A stretch of DNA of 64,000 bases from Octopus sinensis. Its lineage: Eukaryota. Location of the stretch: positions 17,360,001-17,424,000 of the forward strand of contig NC_043004.1 of assembly GCF_006345805.1 (NCBI RefSeq). The letters are read 5' to 3'. The position numbers were made by a program, and so were the translations under genes. Positions 44,870-58,109 of this stretch are shown here, one piece after another; the stretch's first letter is position 1, and each line of letters opens with the position of its first letter. The notes beneath the pieces were generated by a model. That model did not search any database, was not told the origin of the DNA, and was given only the letters and a program-made list of their open reading frames with translations.

Positions 44870-45360
44870 TCTATATATAAACGGCAGTTTGTCTGTCTGT
44901 GTGTCTGTGTGTCTGTCAGGTTGTACCCTCACCCTGACCACGGCTTTCAACCGATTCTGATGAAACTTGACACACACATAGACCACTGTCATAATTCAAA
45001 ACTAACGCAGCGAAAATTTTGTTCCCCCAGTTCTGAAAAAAATCGATAAATTCGACTGGGGTCGAGAATCTAAGCTTTTTATATGCAACACATTTTCTGT
45101 TGTAGTTTGCGCAACTCGCAATCGATTTTCACCAAACTCATGGTGAAGCTTAATGTTATCCTAAGAAACTTAATTCTGACGTTAGTTTTCCATGCAATAC
45201 CTTACCATCAGAAAAAATACACGGAAGTATTCGAGTGAAGAGAAGACATTGCAACCTACACATGTGCCTTCGTTCCCTAGAGGGAAAGGACTAGATTGGG
45301 ATTAGTCGTTGCCTACTAGGAGCTCTTACATACCCGGGCAACGCCGGGCTATGCTGCTAG
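44870..45360 (+). mobile_element. Non-autonomous Helitron
   Basis: TC start (TCTATATATAAACGGCAGTTTGTCTGTCTG); hairpin CCCGGGCAACGCCGGG (45333-45348); ends CTAG|T. Confidence 0.82.
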
Positions 45361-45777
45361 TATATATATAAAAGAGTGAATATTCGAATGAATATTCATA
45401 TAGATATTATTATTATTAATAATAGCAGTAAATATATAAATAATAATAACAACAATTATACTAGTGTCCAGGAAGCAATAATGCCGTTATATGTCAAATC
45501 AATAAAATTTTATAATTAACAAATAATTATAATAGAGGGTACACTAAGTACCAGTTTCTTAGAAGTCATAACAACAACCAAAATAGGGCCAACAAGCAGA
45601 GAAAATGTAACATCTAAACTCAGCTGAAATCTGCAGAAATTCTTGTTTCAGTATTTTAACTCTTATTTCATACAAGCAGGTACTTAGTGTACCCTCTATT
45701 ATAATCATTTAGTAATTATAAAATTTTATATATATATATATATATATATATGTATAAACATATGTATGTACGTGCGC

Positions 45778-45828
<51 letters not shown>

Positions 45829-46285
45829 TTATATGTTCATACATATACGTCTCTTTCTCTCTCTCTCTCTCTCTCTATCTATCTGTCTATCTATCTTGCT
45901 ATTCATCAAAAACTAATGACGAGAATAACCACTGGAAAGGTGAGTACCTCAGCATTGGCACTGCCTTTGAGCCGAAACGAATAAAAGCATAAAAGAAACA
46001 GTATGCAAGCAATAATAAATCTCTGAACGAGGTATAAATAGTAACTGCACGACAATGTGAGCTACACTTGCCATCTCAATATGGCTAACCACTAAGGGTG
46101 GGGTGTTACTGTAGCTTGTAGCCCCAGGAGAACATCGTCTGCAGCTGGCTTTAGGCACACTTTCTGTGCCCTTATGGTATTTGCAAAGGGAGGTCATCCC
46201 TCCCTCGTCGACCTAAGTGATACGCACGGACTGCAGTTTGTAGTGGTTAGTGGCAAACAGAGACACACAAACATATACAAACACA

Positions 46286-46419
<134 letters not shown>

Positions 46420-46580
46420 ATATACACATATATACGACGTGCTTATTTCAGTTTCCCCCTACCAAATCCACTCACAAGGTTATAATAGAGGACACTTGCC
46501 CAAGGTGCTACGCACTGGGAATGTACCCAGAACCGTGTGGTTGGTAAGCAAGCTACTTACTACACAGCCACTCCTGCACC
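46420..46580 (-). mobile_element. Type B SINE 5' half
   Basis: ACAGCCACTCCTGCACCT (reverse of AGGCGCAGGAGTGGCTGT); CACTTGCCCAAGGTGC. Confidence 0.7.
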
Positions 46581-46932
46581 TATATATATATGCGTATACT
46601 CTATTATTCTTTTACTAGTTTTAGTGACTGGACTACGGCTGTGTTGAGACATCCCACCAAGATGTCGATCGATCTACCCCGATCCTTCATAATGCCTGAT
46701 ATTTTATCGAAATATGATCACCGAATCGCCATACTTTGGCTTCTAAAATTAAGACACATACACACTTCTAAAAACGACCAAGCAAGCTACATATAACAGA
46801 ACAAGAAGCAATCACCATAGATAATTAATAAACATTTATTTATATATGTGCGTACGAAAAAAATAGCTGCTCCTCCTAATCTACCGGCATCTTGAAGTTT
46901 CATAACATCCGCTTTAACTTGCTTGATCTGTT

Positions 46933-46992
<60 letters not shown>

Positions 46993-47265
46993 TGTGCGTG
47001 TGTTCGCACACATATATACATCCCCCATACGCACACATGCACACACACGCCGCTCTCTCCCTCTATGTATATATGGCTAGCTTCAACCTTCTCTCATCTC
47101 TGTCACTATATGTATGTATGTATGAATGCATACGTTTATATACACATAAATATATGTATATAATACATATATACATACACACATATGTGTGTGTGTGCAT
47201 ATATTTGTGTATGTATATATATATGTGTGTATACATATATATATGTATATGAATACATACATATG

Positions 47266-47297
<32 letters not shown>

Positions 47298-47332
47298 ATA
47301 CATATAGACAGAGATAAATACATATGTATATC

Positions 47333-47377
<45 letters not shown>

Positions 47378-47490
47378 ATAATTATATCTGTATGTATGTC
47401 TGTAACTATATCTATAGTCATATCTGCATGTATGTATGTATGTATGTATGTATGTATGTATGTATCTATCTATCTCTATCTATCTAACTG

Positions 47491-47587
<97 letters not shown>

Positions 47588-48669
47588 TTATCTATATATA
47601 TATCTATCTAACTGTCTATCTATATCTATATATCTGTCTGTCTGCCTATCTGTCTGTCTGTCTATCGTGTTGTGCTTGTGTATGTACATTGATTAAGAGT
47701 TTACATTTAACTCAATGAACATCGATCATTCTTATTTATATTATACTCTTATTACAGTTCTTTCTTTCTGCAGTTATTCGTAACAATTACAACTACTCTA
47801 ATATCATACTCGAGATTCGCATTAGTAATATAATAATATAACATGCCTGATAGGATCTACCGAACACATGCTATTCATAATGGTATATTTATTATATGAA
47901 CAATGTGTAGAAATACAATGGTTTCTCTCGGATTAAGGTTTCCAGAGAGCTCTTAATATAGGATACGATGAGTGGTTTGCATATGATAAAATTTGAGCGA
48001 TAAACCTAATTCTTCGTGAAGATGCATCTGAAGTGCCTTAGCTGACCATTCATAGAAAATAGCGGCTTTATTGAATGGACGGAAAGTGGATCTTTAGTGT
48101 TTCAAAGCTGATTTTATTAAACACAATGGTTGAGTAGATATAACGGTGACAACAAGGAGGACATGAGCCAGTGTGCTCCGTCCTAAAACTGAAAATTAAG
48201 AAGTCCGTTCGAGGTAGGTGATTTTGTTTGTTTTGAGCTGAGCGTGATTTATTGTTTTGGAATTTTTTTCAGTAAATTTCGCCCAGCTCTGGGACAATTT
48301 CGCCTGCTCTCGGCGGCTATTGTGATTTTTGCTTGTCGAAAAAATGTTGTGGGTGTATCCCCGCCCAAAAATTGAAGTTTGTTCCTGTCATTGAAAATGT
48401 TTGTGGCCCATTGATGGCAAGATTCGTCTTCTGTGGATTTAAAATTCCGGCTCGGAGTACCAGCCAAAGGAGAGGGCCAGGAGTACCTGTGGCCGGAATT
48501 GTGTAATTGCTATTTGGAACCATATTTTTATTTCTTCCGTGTTTTTCCTTCTGTTTTTTTTTAACTGTCCTTTTTGTTTTCTTTTGTCTTATTTTTTACT
48601 ATTTATTTTTTGTTCGGACTTTTTTTTCTTTTTAGTGTATTTCTATTTTTGCGGGCATCTGAACTTTCT

Positions 48670-49889
48670 CCTTATGGTGATAAAGATGGTGCTGCTGCTT
48701 TGGATTGTCCCACCCAAGCAGTGATTAAAAGATATTGAGGAGAGGACGGTGGTGGTTAGAACTTATTCTAACTTATTCTAAAGTTCTTGATTCTATCACC
48801 GTTTCCCCAAAACAAGTTATAGAAAATGAACTGAAAGACTATTTATCCTCTGTGAAATACATATCCTGTGGTGTCAAACATGCAGCCGCATGGTTGCTGT
48901 TTGGCAACCGGGAGAAGGCTCGCAAATTTGTGAGTCAGCCTTTAGAGGGCAACGAAATTCTGATCCTTCCGTCGTACTGCGGGAGGAAATTAATAAGAGC
49001 CTGGGTATGTGGGTTACCCCCAGGCACCGAGGCGGGTTGGATTGAAGATACCATCCGACGGGGACTGGGGGATAGCGGGCCCAGGCTCTTAAATGTAAGG
49101 GTATTGCCGGCGGTCGATTGGAAAGGGCCAAAAGCGATTTTGACCCTGCGGATCCCATCGGCCGCAACAGATCTGGTTTTTCCAGATTTTCTAAAAATGG
49201 CTGGCTGCAGGTATCCGGTGATACTTGAGGTACGTCCCCCCCAAGTGTCACTCGTGCCTGCACAAAGGCCACATTAAAAGAACTGCCCCAAGACCATGGT
49301 AAGGTCCTGGAACATTCACTGGATGCCACCTCCCCTACCCGGTCAAAGGGAGAGGTGGATGTGGTTGAGGAGGCTTCAAAAAGGATTAAAAAGGAAGAAG
49401 GCGGGCAACTATTGTTGCCTAAGGCTTTGGGAGGTGGGGGGAGAGACTCTGGACAAAGCGGAAGAGCTCCACTCTCCCGAAATCAAGAAGAAAAGAAAAA
49501 GAAAGAAGAACGGGTCATCGCAGGGGGGAGATGATGTGCCGTCTACATGTCCCGAAGTTGTGCCACCCACGTGGAAGAAACGACCCCCCACCCTTGAAGA
49601 TGATGAATTAATTATCTTTTTCTACAAGGGCGGGGAGGTGGAAAATTAGTAGAACATAAAGAGACAGTAGATATGCCCTTCACACGGGATCCCGAATGGC
49701 CTCCGCAGATAGCTCTGGAGGTCATAAGGTTTCCCTTGTGGGAAAGGCTTAAGGATTTGGGGAGGAGTGTCGCATATAGCCGGGTGGCCCTTGCACAATT
49801 TAGATGTCCTATATGAGTGAGGCATGGAAATGGCGGGATACAGGAATTCAAGCGGCATTGAAGATAATGATGAATATATCGATGAGTAG
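48670..49889 (+). pseudogene. LINE ORF1-like (Tx1-type gag: RRM-like region + CCHC zinc knuckle + basic tail), copy 1; no ORF2 follows
   Basis: EERTVVVRTYSKVL.., RAWVCGLPPG..I, FPDFLKMAGCRYPVILEVRPP; across single-base frameshifts reads KCHSCLHKGHIKKNC (CX2CX4HX4C) at about 49245-49290; then EIKKKRKRKK. Confidence 0.65.
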
Positions 49890-50507
49890 GAGGGGAAAAA
49901 GCATCGTTAGAGGGTTTGAAACCTCATCATATTGCATTATTTGTAGTGGTTTATAACCTCTATTGTGTGTTTTTTAAAAAAACATGTTAAGTAAGAGGTT
50001 TTAGTGCCTCCTTCTTGTAAGAGGTTTGAAACCTCATATTGATTTTAAAAAAAAGAAAATATGTTTTTGAGAAAAATCCAATCGGCGGGTGTTGGGTTTC
50101 GTCTCTCATTTATTCATTTTATTTCATTTTCATTCATTAATATGTTTATCCAGCCCGCTAAGCTACACAATATTTATACTGTCTATATGACAAATAATGT
50201 AGTTTGAAATAAAGTAGTTTGCATACGAATCACATGGTTCCGGGTTCAGTCCCATTGCGTGGCACCTTGGGCAAGTGTCTTCTACTATAGCCTCGAGCCG
50301 ACCAAAGCCTTGTGAGTGGATTTGGTAGACGGAAACTGAAAGTAGCCCGTCGTATATATGTATATATATATATATATTATATATATATATATCTATAATT
50401 ATATCTGTATGTATGTCTGTAACTATATCTATAGTCATATCTGCATGTATGTATGTATGTATGTATGTATGTATGTATGTATGTATCTATCTCTATCTAT
50501 CTAACTG

Positions 50508-50604
<97 letters not shown>

Positions 50605-51694
50605 TTATCTATATATATATCTATCTAACTGTCTATCTATATCTATATATCTGTCTGTCTGCCTATCTGTCTGTCTGTCTATCGTGTTTGTGCTTGTGTA
50701 TGTACATTGATTAAGAGTTTACATTTAACTCAATGAACATCGATCATTCTTATTTATATTATACTCTTATTACAGTTCTTTCTTTCTGCAGTTATTCGTA
50801 ACAATTACAACTACTCTAATATCATACTCGAGATTCGCATTAGTAAATATAATAATATAACATGCCTGATAGGATCTACCGAAACACATGCTATTCATAA
50901 TGGTATATTTATTATATGAACAATGTGTAGAAATACAATGGTTTCTCTCGGATTAAGGTTTCCAGAGAGCTCTTAATATAGGATACGATGAGTGGTTTGC
51001 ATAATGATAAAATTTGAGCGATAAACCTAATTCTTCGTGAAGATGCATCTGAAGTGCCTTAGCTGACCATTCATAGAAAATAGCGGCTTTATTGAATGGA
51101 CGGAAAGTGGATCTTTAGTGTTTCAAAGCTGATTTTATTAAACACAATGGTTGAGTAGATATAACGGTGACAACAAGGAGGACATGAGCCAGTGTGCTCC
51201 GTCCTAAAACTGAAAATTAAGAAGTCCGTTCGAGGTAGGTGATTTTGTTTGTTTTGAGCTGAGCGTGATTTATTGTTTTGGAATTTTTTTCAGTAAATTT
51301 CGCCCAGCTCTGGGACAATTTCGCCTGCTCTCGGCGGCTATTGTGATTTTTGCTTGTCGAAAAAATGTTGTGGGTGTATCCCCGCCCAAAAATTGAAGTT
51401 TGTTCCTGTCATTGAAAATGTTTGTGGCCCATTGATGGCAAAGATTCGTCTTCTGTGGATTTAAAATTCCGGCTCGGAGTACCAGCCAAAGGAGAGGGCC
51501 AGGAGTACCTGTGGCCGGAATTGTGTAATTGCTATTTGGAACCATATTTTTATTTCTTCCGTGTTTTTCCTTCTGTTTTTTTTTAACTGTCCTTTTTGTT
51601 TTCTTTTGTCTTATTTTTTACTATTTATTTTTTGTTCGGACTTTTTTTTCTTTTTAGTGTATTTCTATTTTTGCGGGCATCTGAACTTTCTTCC

Positions 51695-52914
51695 TTATGG
51701 TGATAAAGAATGGTGCTGCTGCTTTGGATTGTCCCACCCAAGCAGTGATTAAAAGATATTGAGGAGAGGACGGTGGTGGTTAGAACTTATTCTAACTTAT
51801 TCTAAAGTTCTTGATTCTATCACCGTTTCCCCAAAACAAGTTATAGAAAATGAACTGAAAGACTATTTATCCTCTGTGAAATACATATCCTGTGGTGTCA
51901 AACATGCAGCCGCATGGTTGCTGTTTGGCAACCGGGAGAAGGCTCGCAAATTTGTGAGTCAGCCTTTAGAGGGCAACGAAATTCTGATCCTTCCGTCGTA
52001 CTGCGGGAGGAAATTAATAAGAGCCTGGGTATGTGGTTACCCCCAGGCACCGAGGCGGGTTGGATTGAAGATACCATCCGACGGGGACTGGGGGATAGCG
52101 GGCCCAGGCTCTTAAATGTAAGGGTATTGCCGGCGGTCGATTGGAAAGGCCAAAAGCGATTTTGACCCTGCGGATCCCATCGGCCGCAACAGATCTGGTT
52201 TTTCCAGATTTTCTAAAAATGGCTGGCTGCAGGTATCCGGTGATACTTGAGGTACGTCCCCCCCAAGTGTCACTCGTGCCTGCACAAAGGCCACATTAAA
52301 AGAACTGCCCCAAGACCATGGTAAGGTCCTGGAACATTCACTGGATGCCACCTCCCCTACCCGGTCAAAGGGAGAGGTGGATGTGGTTGAGGAGGCTTCA
52401 AAAAGGATTAAAAAGGAAGAAGGCGGGCAACTATTGTTGCCTAAGGCTTTGGGAGGTGGGGGGAGAGACTCTGGACAAAGCGGAAGAGCTCCACTCTCCC
52501 GAAATCAAGAAGAAAAGAAAAAAGAAAGAAGAACGGGTCATCGCAGGGGGGAGATGATGTGCCGTCTACATGTCCCGAAGTTGTGCCACCCACGGTGGAA
52601 GAAACGACCCCCCACCCTTGAAGATGATGAATTAATTATCTTTTTCTACAAGGGCGGGGAGGTGGAAAATTAGTAGAACATAAAGAGACAGTAGATATGC
52701 CCTTCACACGGGATCCCGAATGGCCTCCGCAGATAGCTCTGGAGGTCATAAGGTTTCCCTTGTGGGAAAGGCTTAAAGGATTTGGGGAGGAGTGTCGCAT
52801 ATAGCCGGGTGGCCCTTGCACAATTTAGATGTCCTATATGAGTGAGGCATGGGAAATGGCGGGATACAGGAATTCAAGCGGCATTGAAGATAATGATGAA
52901 TATATCGATGAGTA
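51695..52914 (+). pseudogene. LINE ORF1-like, copy 2 (in the duplicated unit)
   Basis: Near-identical to 48670-49889 with different indels. Confidence 0.65.
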
Positions 52915-53239
52915 GGAGGGGAAAAAGCATCGTTAGAGGGTTTGAAACCTCATCATATTGCATTATTTGTAGTGGTTTATAACCTCTATTGTGTGTTTTT
53001 TAAAAAAACATGTTAAGTAAGAGGTTTTAGTGCCTCCTTCTTGTAAGAGGTTTGAAACCTCATATTGATTTTAAAAAAAAGAAAATATGTTTTTGAGAAA
53101 AATCCAATCGGCGGGTGTTGGGTTTCGTCTCTCATTTATTCATTTTATTTCATTTTCATTCATTAATATGTTTATCCAGCCCGCTAAGCTACACAATATT
53201 TATACTGTCTATATGACAAATAATGTAGTTTGAAATAAA

Positions 53240-53380
53240 GTAGTTTGCATACGAATCACATGGTTCCGGGTTCAGTCCCATTGCGTGGCACCTTGGGCAA
53301 GTGTCTTCTACTATAGCCTCGAGCCGACCAAAGCCTTGTGAGTGGATTTGGTAGACGGAAACTGAAAGTAGCCCGTCGTA

Positions 53381-53413
<33 letters not shown>

Positions 53414-53610
53414 TATGTGTGTGTATACGTTTGTGTCTGTGTTTGTCCCCCCAACATCGCTTGACAACCGATGCTGGTGTGTTTACGTCCCCGTAACTTA
53501 GCGGTTCGGCACAAGAAACCGATAGAATAAGTACTAGGCTTAAAGACGGTGCTCCAGCATGACTACAGTCAAATGACTGAAACAAGTAAAAGAGTAAAGA
53601 GTAAAAGAGA
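53240..53610 (+). mobile_element. Type B SINE (5' half also duplicated at 50210-50360)
   Basis: CACATGGTTCCGGGTTCAGTCCC, internal (TA)n, tail GACGGTGCTCCAGCATGACTACAGTCAAATGACTGAAACAAGTAAAAGAG. Confidence 0.8.
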
Positions 53611-54259
53611 TAAAAGATCAAACTAAACTTGCTTCTTGACAGAAGTATCTAAATGCTAAAGGCGAAGTCGTTTCCTCCAAGAATTTCATTACTTTAGGGC
53701 GTGTATCTTTTTTCCTCATTCAATACTGAAATAATTCATTTCGAAAATTAACCTCTGTAGCCTGAATCAATCTTTCTGATCATATGCTTTCGAAAATACT
53801 ATAATGGCTTAAGGACAACCGTCTCATTCCTGATTAACAATTTATACAATGGAACTTTTTCGTTACAAGCTGAGTGGAAGGTCGCGCATAATTACCGAGG
53901 GGCGTTTGGAAATAGTTTTAAAAGAATATACTTGAAGAGTGAAAGAAAAATATGGTTATCCATTCAATCCAGTGAAGACGCGTGACCTAGGGGTTAGGGT
54001 GTTACGACCATGATCTTGCGAAAGTGGTTTCGCTTCTCGGCCTGAGCAGTGAGTCTTCTTTTTGAGCAGAATGCTTCTGTTCACATTGCTCAAATACAAC
54101 CAAACTGTAAATGAATAATCTGTGACGGACTGGCGTCCTCTTTTAGAAATGGTGCTGTGATTTCGGTCACTTATACTGTGGCTTCTAGAACTCGAAACAC
54201 TACTTGTAATGCATTCATCCTACAGAGGTAATTTTCCCACTAAGATGGACATGTGCTAC

Positions 54260-54903
54260 TGCATATGGCGTAGTGGTTAACAGCACGAACAACTAACCCC
54301 AAGATTCCGAGTTCAATTCCAGGCAATAATAATAATAATAATAATAACATGCACTGATGCAGTACCAGGCAGTGACTCTCATGGCTTCTGATCTTAACTG
54401 ATTGGAAGTGTTATCATGTACATTATTTTGTCTTGGTATAAAAGATGAGCGACAGCAAATATTCTGCTCAATACCACAGATTTGCTTGTCAGTTGTCTGA
54501 CCTGAACCAGTTGAGCATGTCCCTTAGTGGCTGAAAATATGTGCATCTCTGATCACAAGCAGAAGTAGTGGGGAAGCATCACAGCCATGTGTCGAGAGGG
54601 ATTCTTTGAGGTTTGAATAATTCACCTCTGGAAACATGGGTGTTTCGTTCAACATCCTTAAACAATCCTTATTCAGGGACCTTTTGAACGGGATGGGCTA
54701 CTCGACCAGAAGAAAATTCTAACTGGTCCCACCTGCAAGGTTATGCGCTGATTATCTTGATATGACATCGCCATGTCGCGCACAGTTGGTTGTGATGCAT
54801 GTGTCTGGTGTACCCTTATCAGACGGGTAGTCATGATGGGTATACTGGGCTTCGTATATTTTACCCCAGTGTCACTTTGATGGAAAGTCCTGCTCGCTCA
54901 CTC

Positions 54904-54974
<71 letters not shown>

Positions 54975-55118
54975 CATCGAAAAATACCTTAGGAATGAGA
55001 ACCCAGGTTCTAAATTTCCCCAAGACACCTCATGAAGGCTGGAGGGTATATCAGCCGAAACGTTGTGTTAACAACAAACAAGATGAGGACAAATATCCGT
55101 CAAATGCAAATATTGTAA
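54260..55118 (+). mobile_element. Solo Penelope pseudo-LTR (tRNA head 54260-54324, hammerhead half 54973-55118) with the 555-bp repeat (54349-54903) inside its (AAT)n
   Basis: Head and tail match 59765-59968; insert matches 5577-6132. Confidence 0.78.
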
Positions 55119-55344
55119 AAAATCTAAGACTAACATTGTTTACGATTTAGTTTATTTTAGAAATAACTGCAACCAAATATTTCAAATATTTGTGCCATTC
55201 ATTAATTCAAGAATCAAACAAAATTTAAACGTTCCAAAAGTAGATGTGGGTCTCGAGCTCAGATTTCCTAAAGCACACAATCCTATCATATCGCACTCAC
55301 GCACGCATGCGCGCACACACACTCACACGCACGCGCGCGCACAC

Positions 55345-55500
55345 ACACTTGGACACTCCATCGGTTTCGACAGCAAGAGTTCCAGTTCGTTGACGGATTG
55401 ACGGAACGATCTCCACGTGAAATCAATGTGGAAATGGCTGATCACACCTCAGACATGCGTACCCTTAATATAGCTCACAAAGAGATTCAGTATAGGAAAA
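55345..55500 (-). mobile_element. Type C SINE 3' part
   Basis: GGACACTCCATCGGTTTCGAC..GAGTTCCAGTT..CGTGAAATCAATGTG. Confidence 0.55.
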
Positions 55501-55507
55501 GCATAAG

Positions 55508-56145
55508 GCAGCGAGCTGGCAGAATCGTTAGCACAACGGGAGAAATGCTTAGCGGTATTTCGCCTGCCGCTACGTTCTGAGTTCAAATTCCGCCGAGGTC
55601 GACTTTGTTGTTTAATCCTTTCGGGGTCGATTAAATAAGTACCAGTTACACGCTGGGGTCGATATAATCGACTTAATCCGTTTGTCTGTCCTTGTCCGTC
55701 CTCTCTGTGTTTAGCCCCTTGTGGGTAGTAAAGAAATAGGTATTTCGTCTGCCGTTACGTTCTGAGTTCAAATTCCGCCGAGGCCGACTTTGCCTTTCAT
55801 CCTTTGGGCGTTGATAAATTAAGCACCAGTTAAGCACTGGGGTCGTTGTAATTGACGTAATCCCTTTGTCTGTCATTGTTTGTCCCCTTCGTGTTTAGCC
55901 CCTTGTGGGCAATAAAGAAATAAAGAAACATTATCACGCCGGGCAAAATTCTTAGCGGTATTTCGTCTGCCGTTACGTTCTGAATTCAAATTCCGCCGAG
56001 GTCGACTTTGCCTTTCATCCTTTCGGTGTCGATTAAATAAGTTCCAGTTACGCACTGGAGTCGATCTAATCGACTTAATCCCCTTGTCTGTCCTTGTTTG
56101 TCTCCTCTACGTTTAGCTCCCTGTGGGCAATAAAGAAATAGGAAA
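55508..56145 (+). mobile_element. Type A SINE head-to-tail trimer
   Basis: Three units each with GAGTTCAAATTCCGCCGAGGTCGACTTTG and ending GTGGG(T/C)A(G/A)TAAAGAAATA. Confidence 0.85.
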
Positions 56146-56399
56146 AGCATAAAGAGATTTTATATCTTTGAAGGAAAAACTTTAGCGTTTATTTATCTTT
56201 TGAATTCTTCCTCGGATATTTTATCCATGCAGTCAGAATTAATTTTGAACTTTTACACATCCTATATTCTTAAAAACAACGAGCCCATATGATAGTGTTG
56301 TCTAAGAGAAATAAAGTGGCATGGGTAAGGTTGAAAAGTCTTCAATGATAATTCTACTTGGTTTTGACCGAATTGCGGCTCAGTAACATTCATGATCTT

Positions 56400-56800
56400 A
56401 TATATTACTTTCGTATTGTGGCACAAGGTCATAAAATTTGGTGGTGGGGGTAAGTCGGTTACTTCGTCCTCAGTACTCAACTGGTTCTTGTTTCATCGAT
56501 CTCGAAAGGATGAAAAGCAACCCAGAACGTAAAGGACAAAATGCCGTTAAGCATTGTACCCGGTGCGGTATCGATTTTGCCATTTCACCGCCTTAATTAA
56601 TATGAATTTGTTTCAAGTTTTGAGACGAGACCAGAGGATAAATCAGAGCAGAAGATAAATCGATTACATCGATTCCAGTCCTCAACTGGTTCTTATTTTA
56701 TCAACCTTCAAAGGATGAAAGGCAAAGTTTATCTCGGAGGAGTTTGAACTCAGAATGTAAAGAGGGACAAAACGCCGCTAAGCATTTTACCTCTCGCAGT
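56400..56800 (-). mobile_element. Two decayed type A SINEs
   Basis: CTCAACTGGTTCTT..ATCGA..AAAGGATGAAA motif at about 56477 and 56682. Confidence 0.6.
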
Positions 56801-57419
56801 AATAATTCAGCCAATAATTATTACCAATAATTCAAACTCTTTAGAAGAAGCATGTGTAATTATTGAAACTGAATTTAATAAATATATATTAAATCTTGAT
56901 TTACATTACATTTCATAAATTAATTGCCATATTATCTTAAATTTAATAAACTCTTATACGTTTTAATATTTTTTTAAATGTAAGTTTAATTATCTATTTA
57001 AAGTTAAAATATATCAACTACCATTTTAATAATTCTGTGAGGAAATTAGCTGAGTGTAATCATTAAATTGTGATTTCATTTAGATAATGACATCTTAAGA
57101 AATAAGCATAGACTGCAGGATTGGCAGAACACTCATCAAAATATGTTCTATAATATATTTACATGTTCTAACGTTCCGAGTTCAAATCATACCAGAGTCT
57201 ATATTGCCTTTCAACTTCCTGGGGCAAATAACATAATTACTAGTGATTTATTGAGAGTCGGTTCAATCGACTACATTGCTCTCATAAATTTAAGGCTTAA
57301 TGCTTATGTTTTAAATAAATAAAAATACATCGCATTTAGAGAAGACATCACTACAAATAAGAGATAAGCGCTTGTTGAAGGGAGTTGAAGGGAGTCTGAA
57401 AGAGATTTCCTGATTATAG

Positions 57420-57845
57420 GCACAAGCGTGGCCATGTGGTAAGAAGTTTTCTTCCTAACAAAATGGTTCCGGGTTCAATCCTACTAAGCCTGACCGAAGC
57501 CTTTGCTTGTGGATTTGGTAGACGGAAACTGAAAGAAGCTTGTCACATATATACAAATACACACGCACATAGACACACGCACACATATTCGTGTACAGAC
57601 ACGCACACACACACACGTCTGTGTGTGTCTTTGTGTTTGTCCCCCACCACCGCTAGGCAACCAGTGTTGGTGTGTTCACCATTCCGTAATTCAACGTTCG
57701 ACAAAAGAGACCGATAGAATAAGCAGCAGGTTTAATAAAAGAAAATAATACTATGGTCGATCCATCTGACTAGAAGTTCTTCAAAGTGGTGCCCCAGCAT
57801 AGCCGTAGCCTAATGAGTGAAAAAAAGAACAAGTATAAGATAAAC
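57420..57845 (+). mobile_element. Type B SINE
   Basis: GTGGATTTGGTAGACGGAAACTGAAAGAAGC; tail GGTGCCCCAGCATAGCCGTAGCCTAATGAGTGAAA. Confidence 0.7.
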
Positions 57846-58109
57846 AAAAGGATAAAGGTAACATAAGGTATCTTTGATTTAAAGAAAAATTAAAAGAAAG
57901 AAATTTTACTCAAATAAATGCAAATAAAATATCACATTTTTGCATTTGGTTTGGAAAATTCTTGATGTGAATATTTGTGTTGAATCAGATTTTGGAGAGG
58001 GTTATGGGCCTTGTGCTTAGAGTAGAAAAGAATATTACATTAACTTTAAGGCGGCGAGCTGGCAGAAACTTTAGCACATTAAGACCTCATTATAGGTCTT
58101 AATGAAATG

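Larger units (their letters stand above)
47370..53410. repeat. Near-perfect tandem duplication, unit about 3.02 kb (47370-50390 / 50390-53410)
   Basis: Copies differ almost only by single-base indels in runs; ends lie in (TA)n tracts. Confidence 0.92.
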
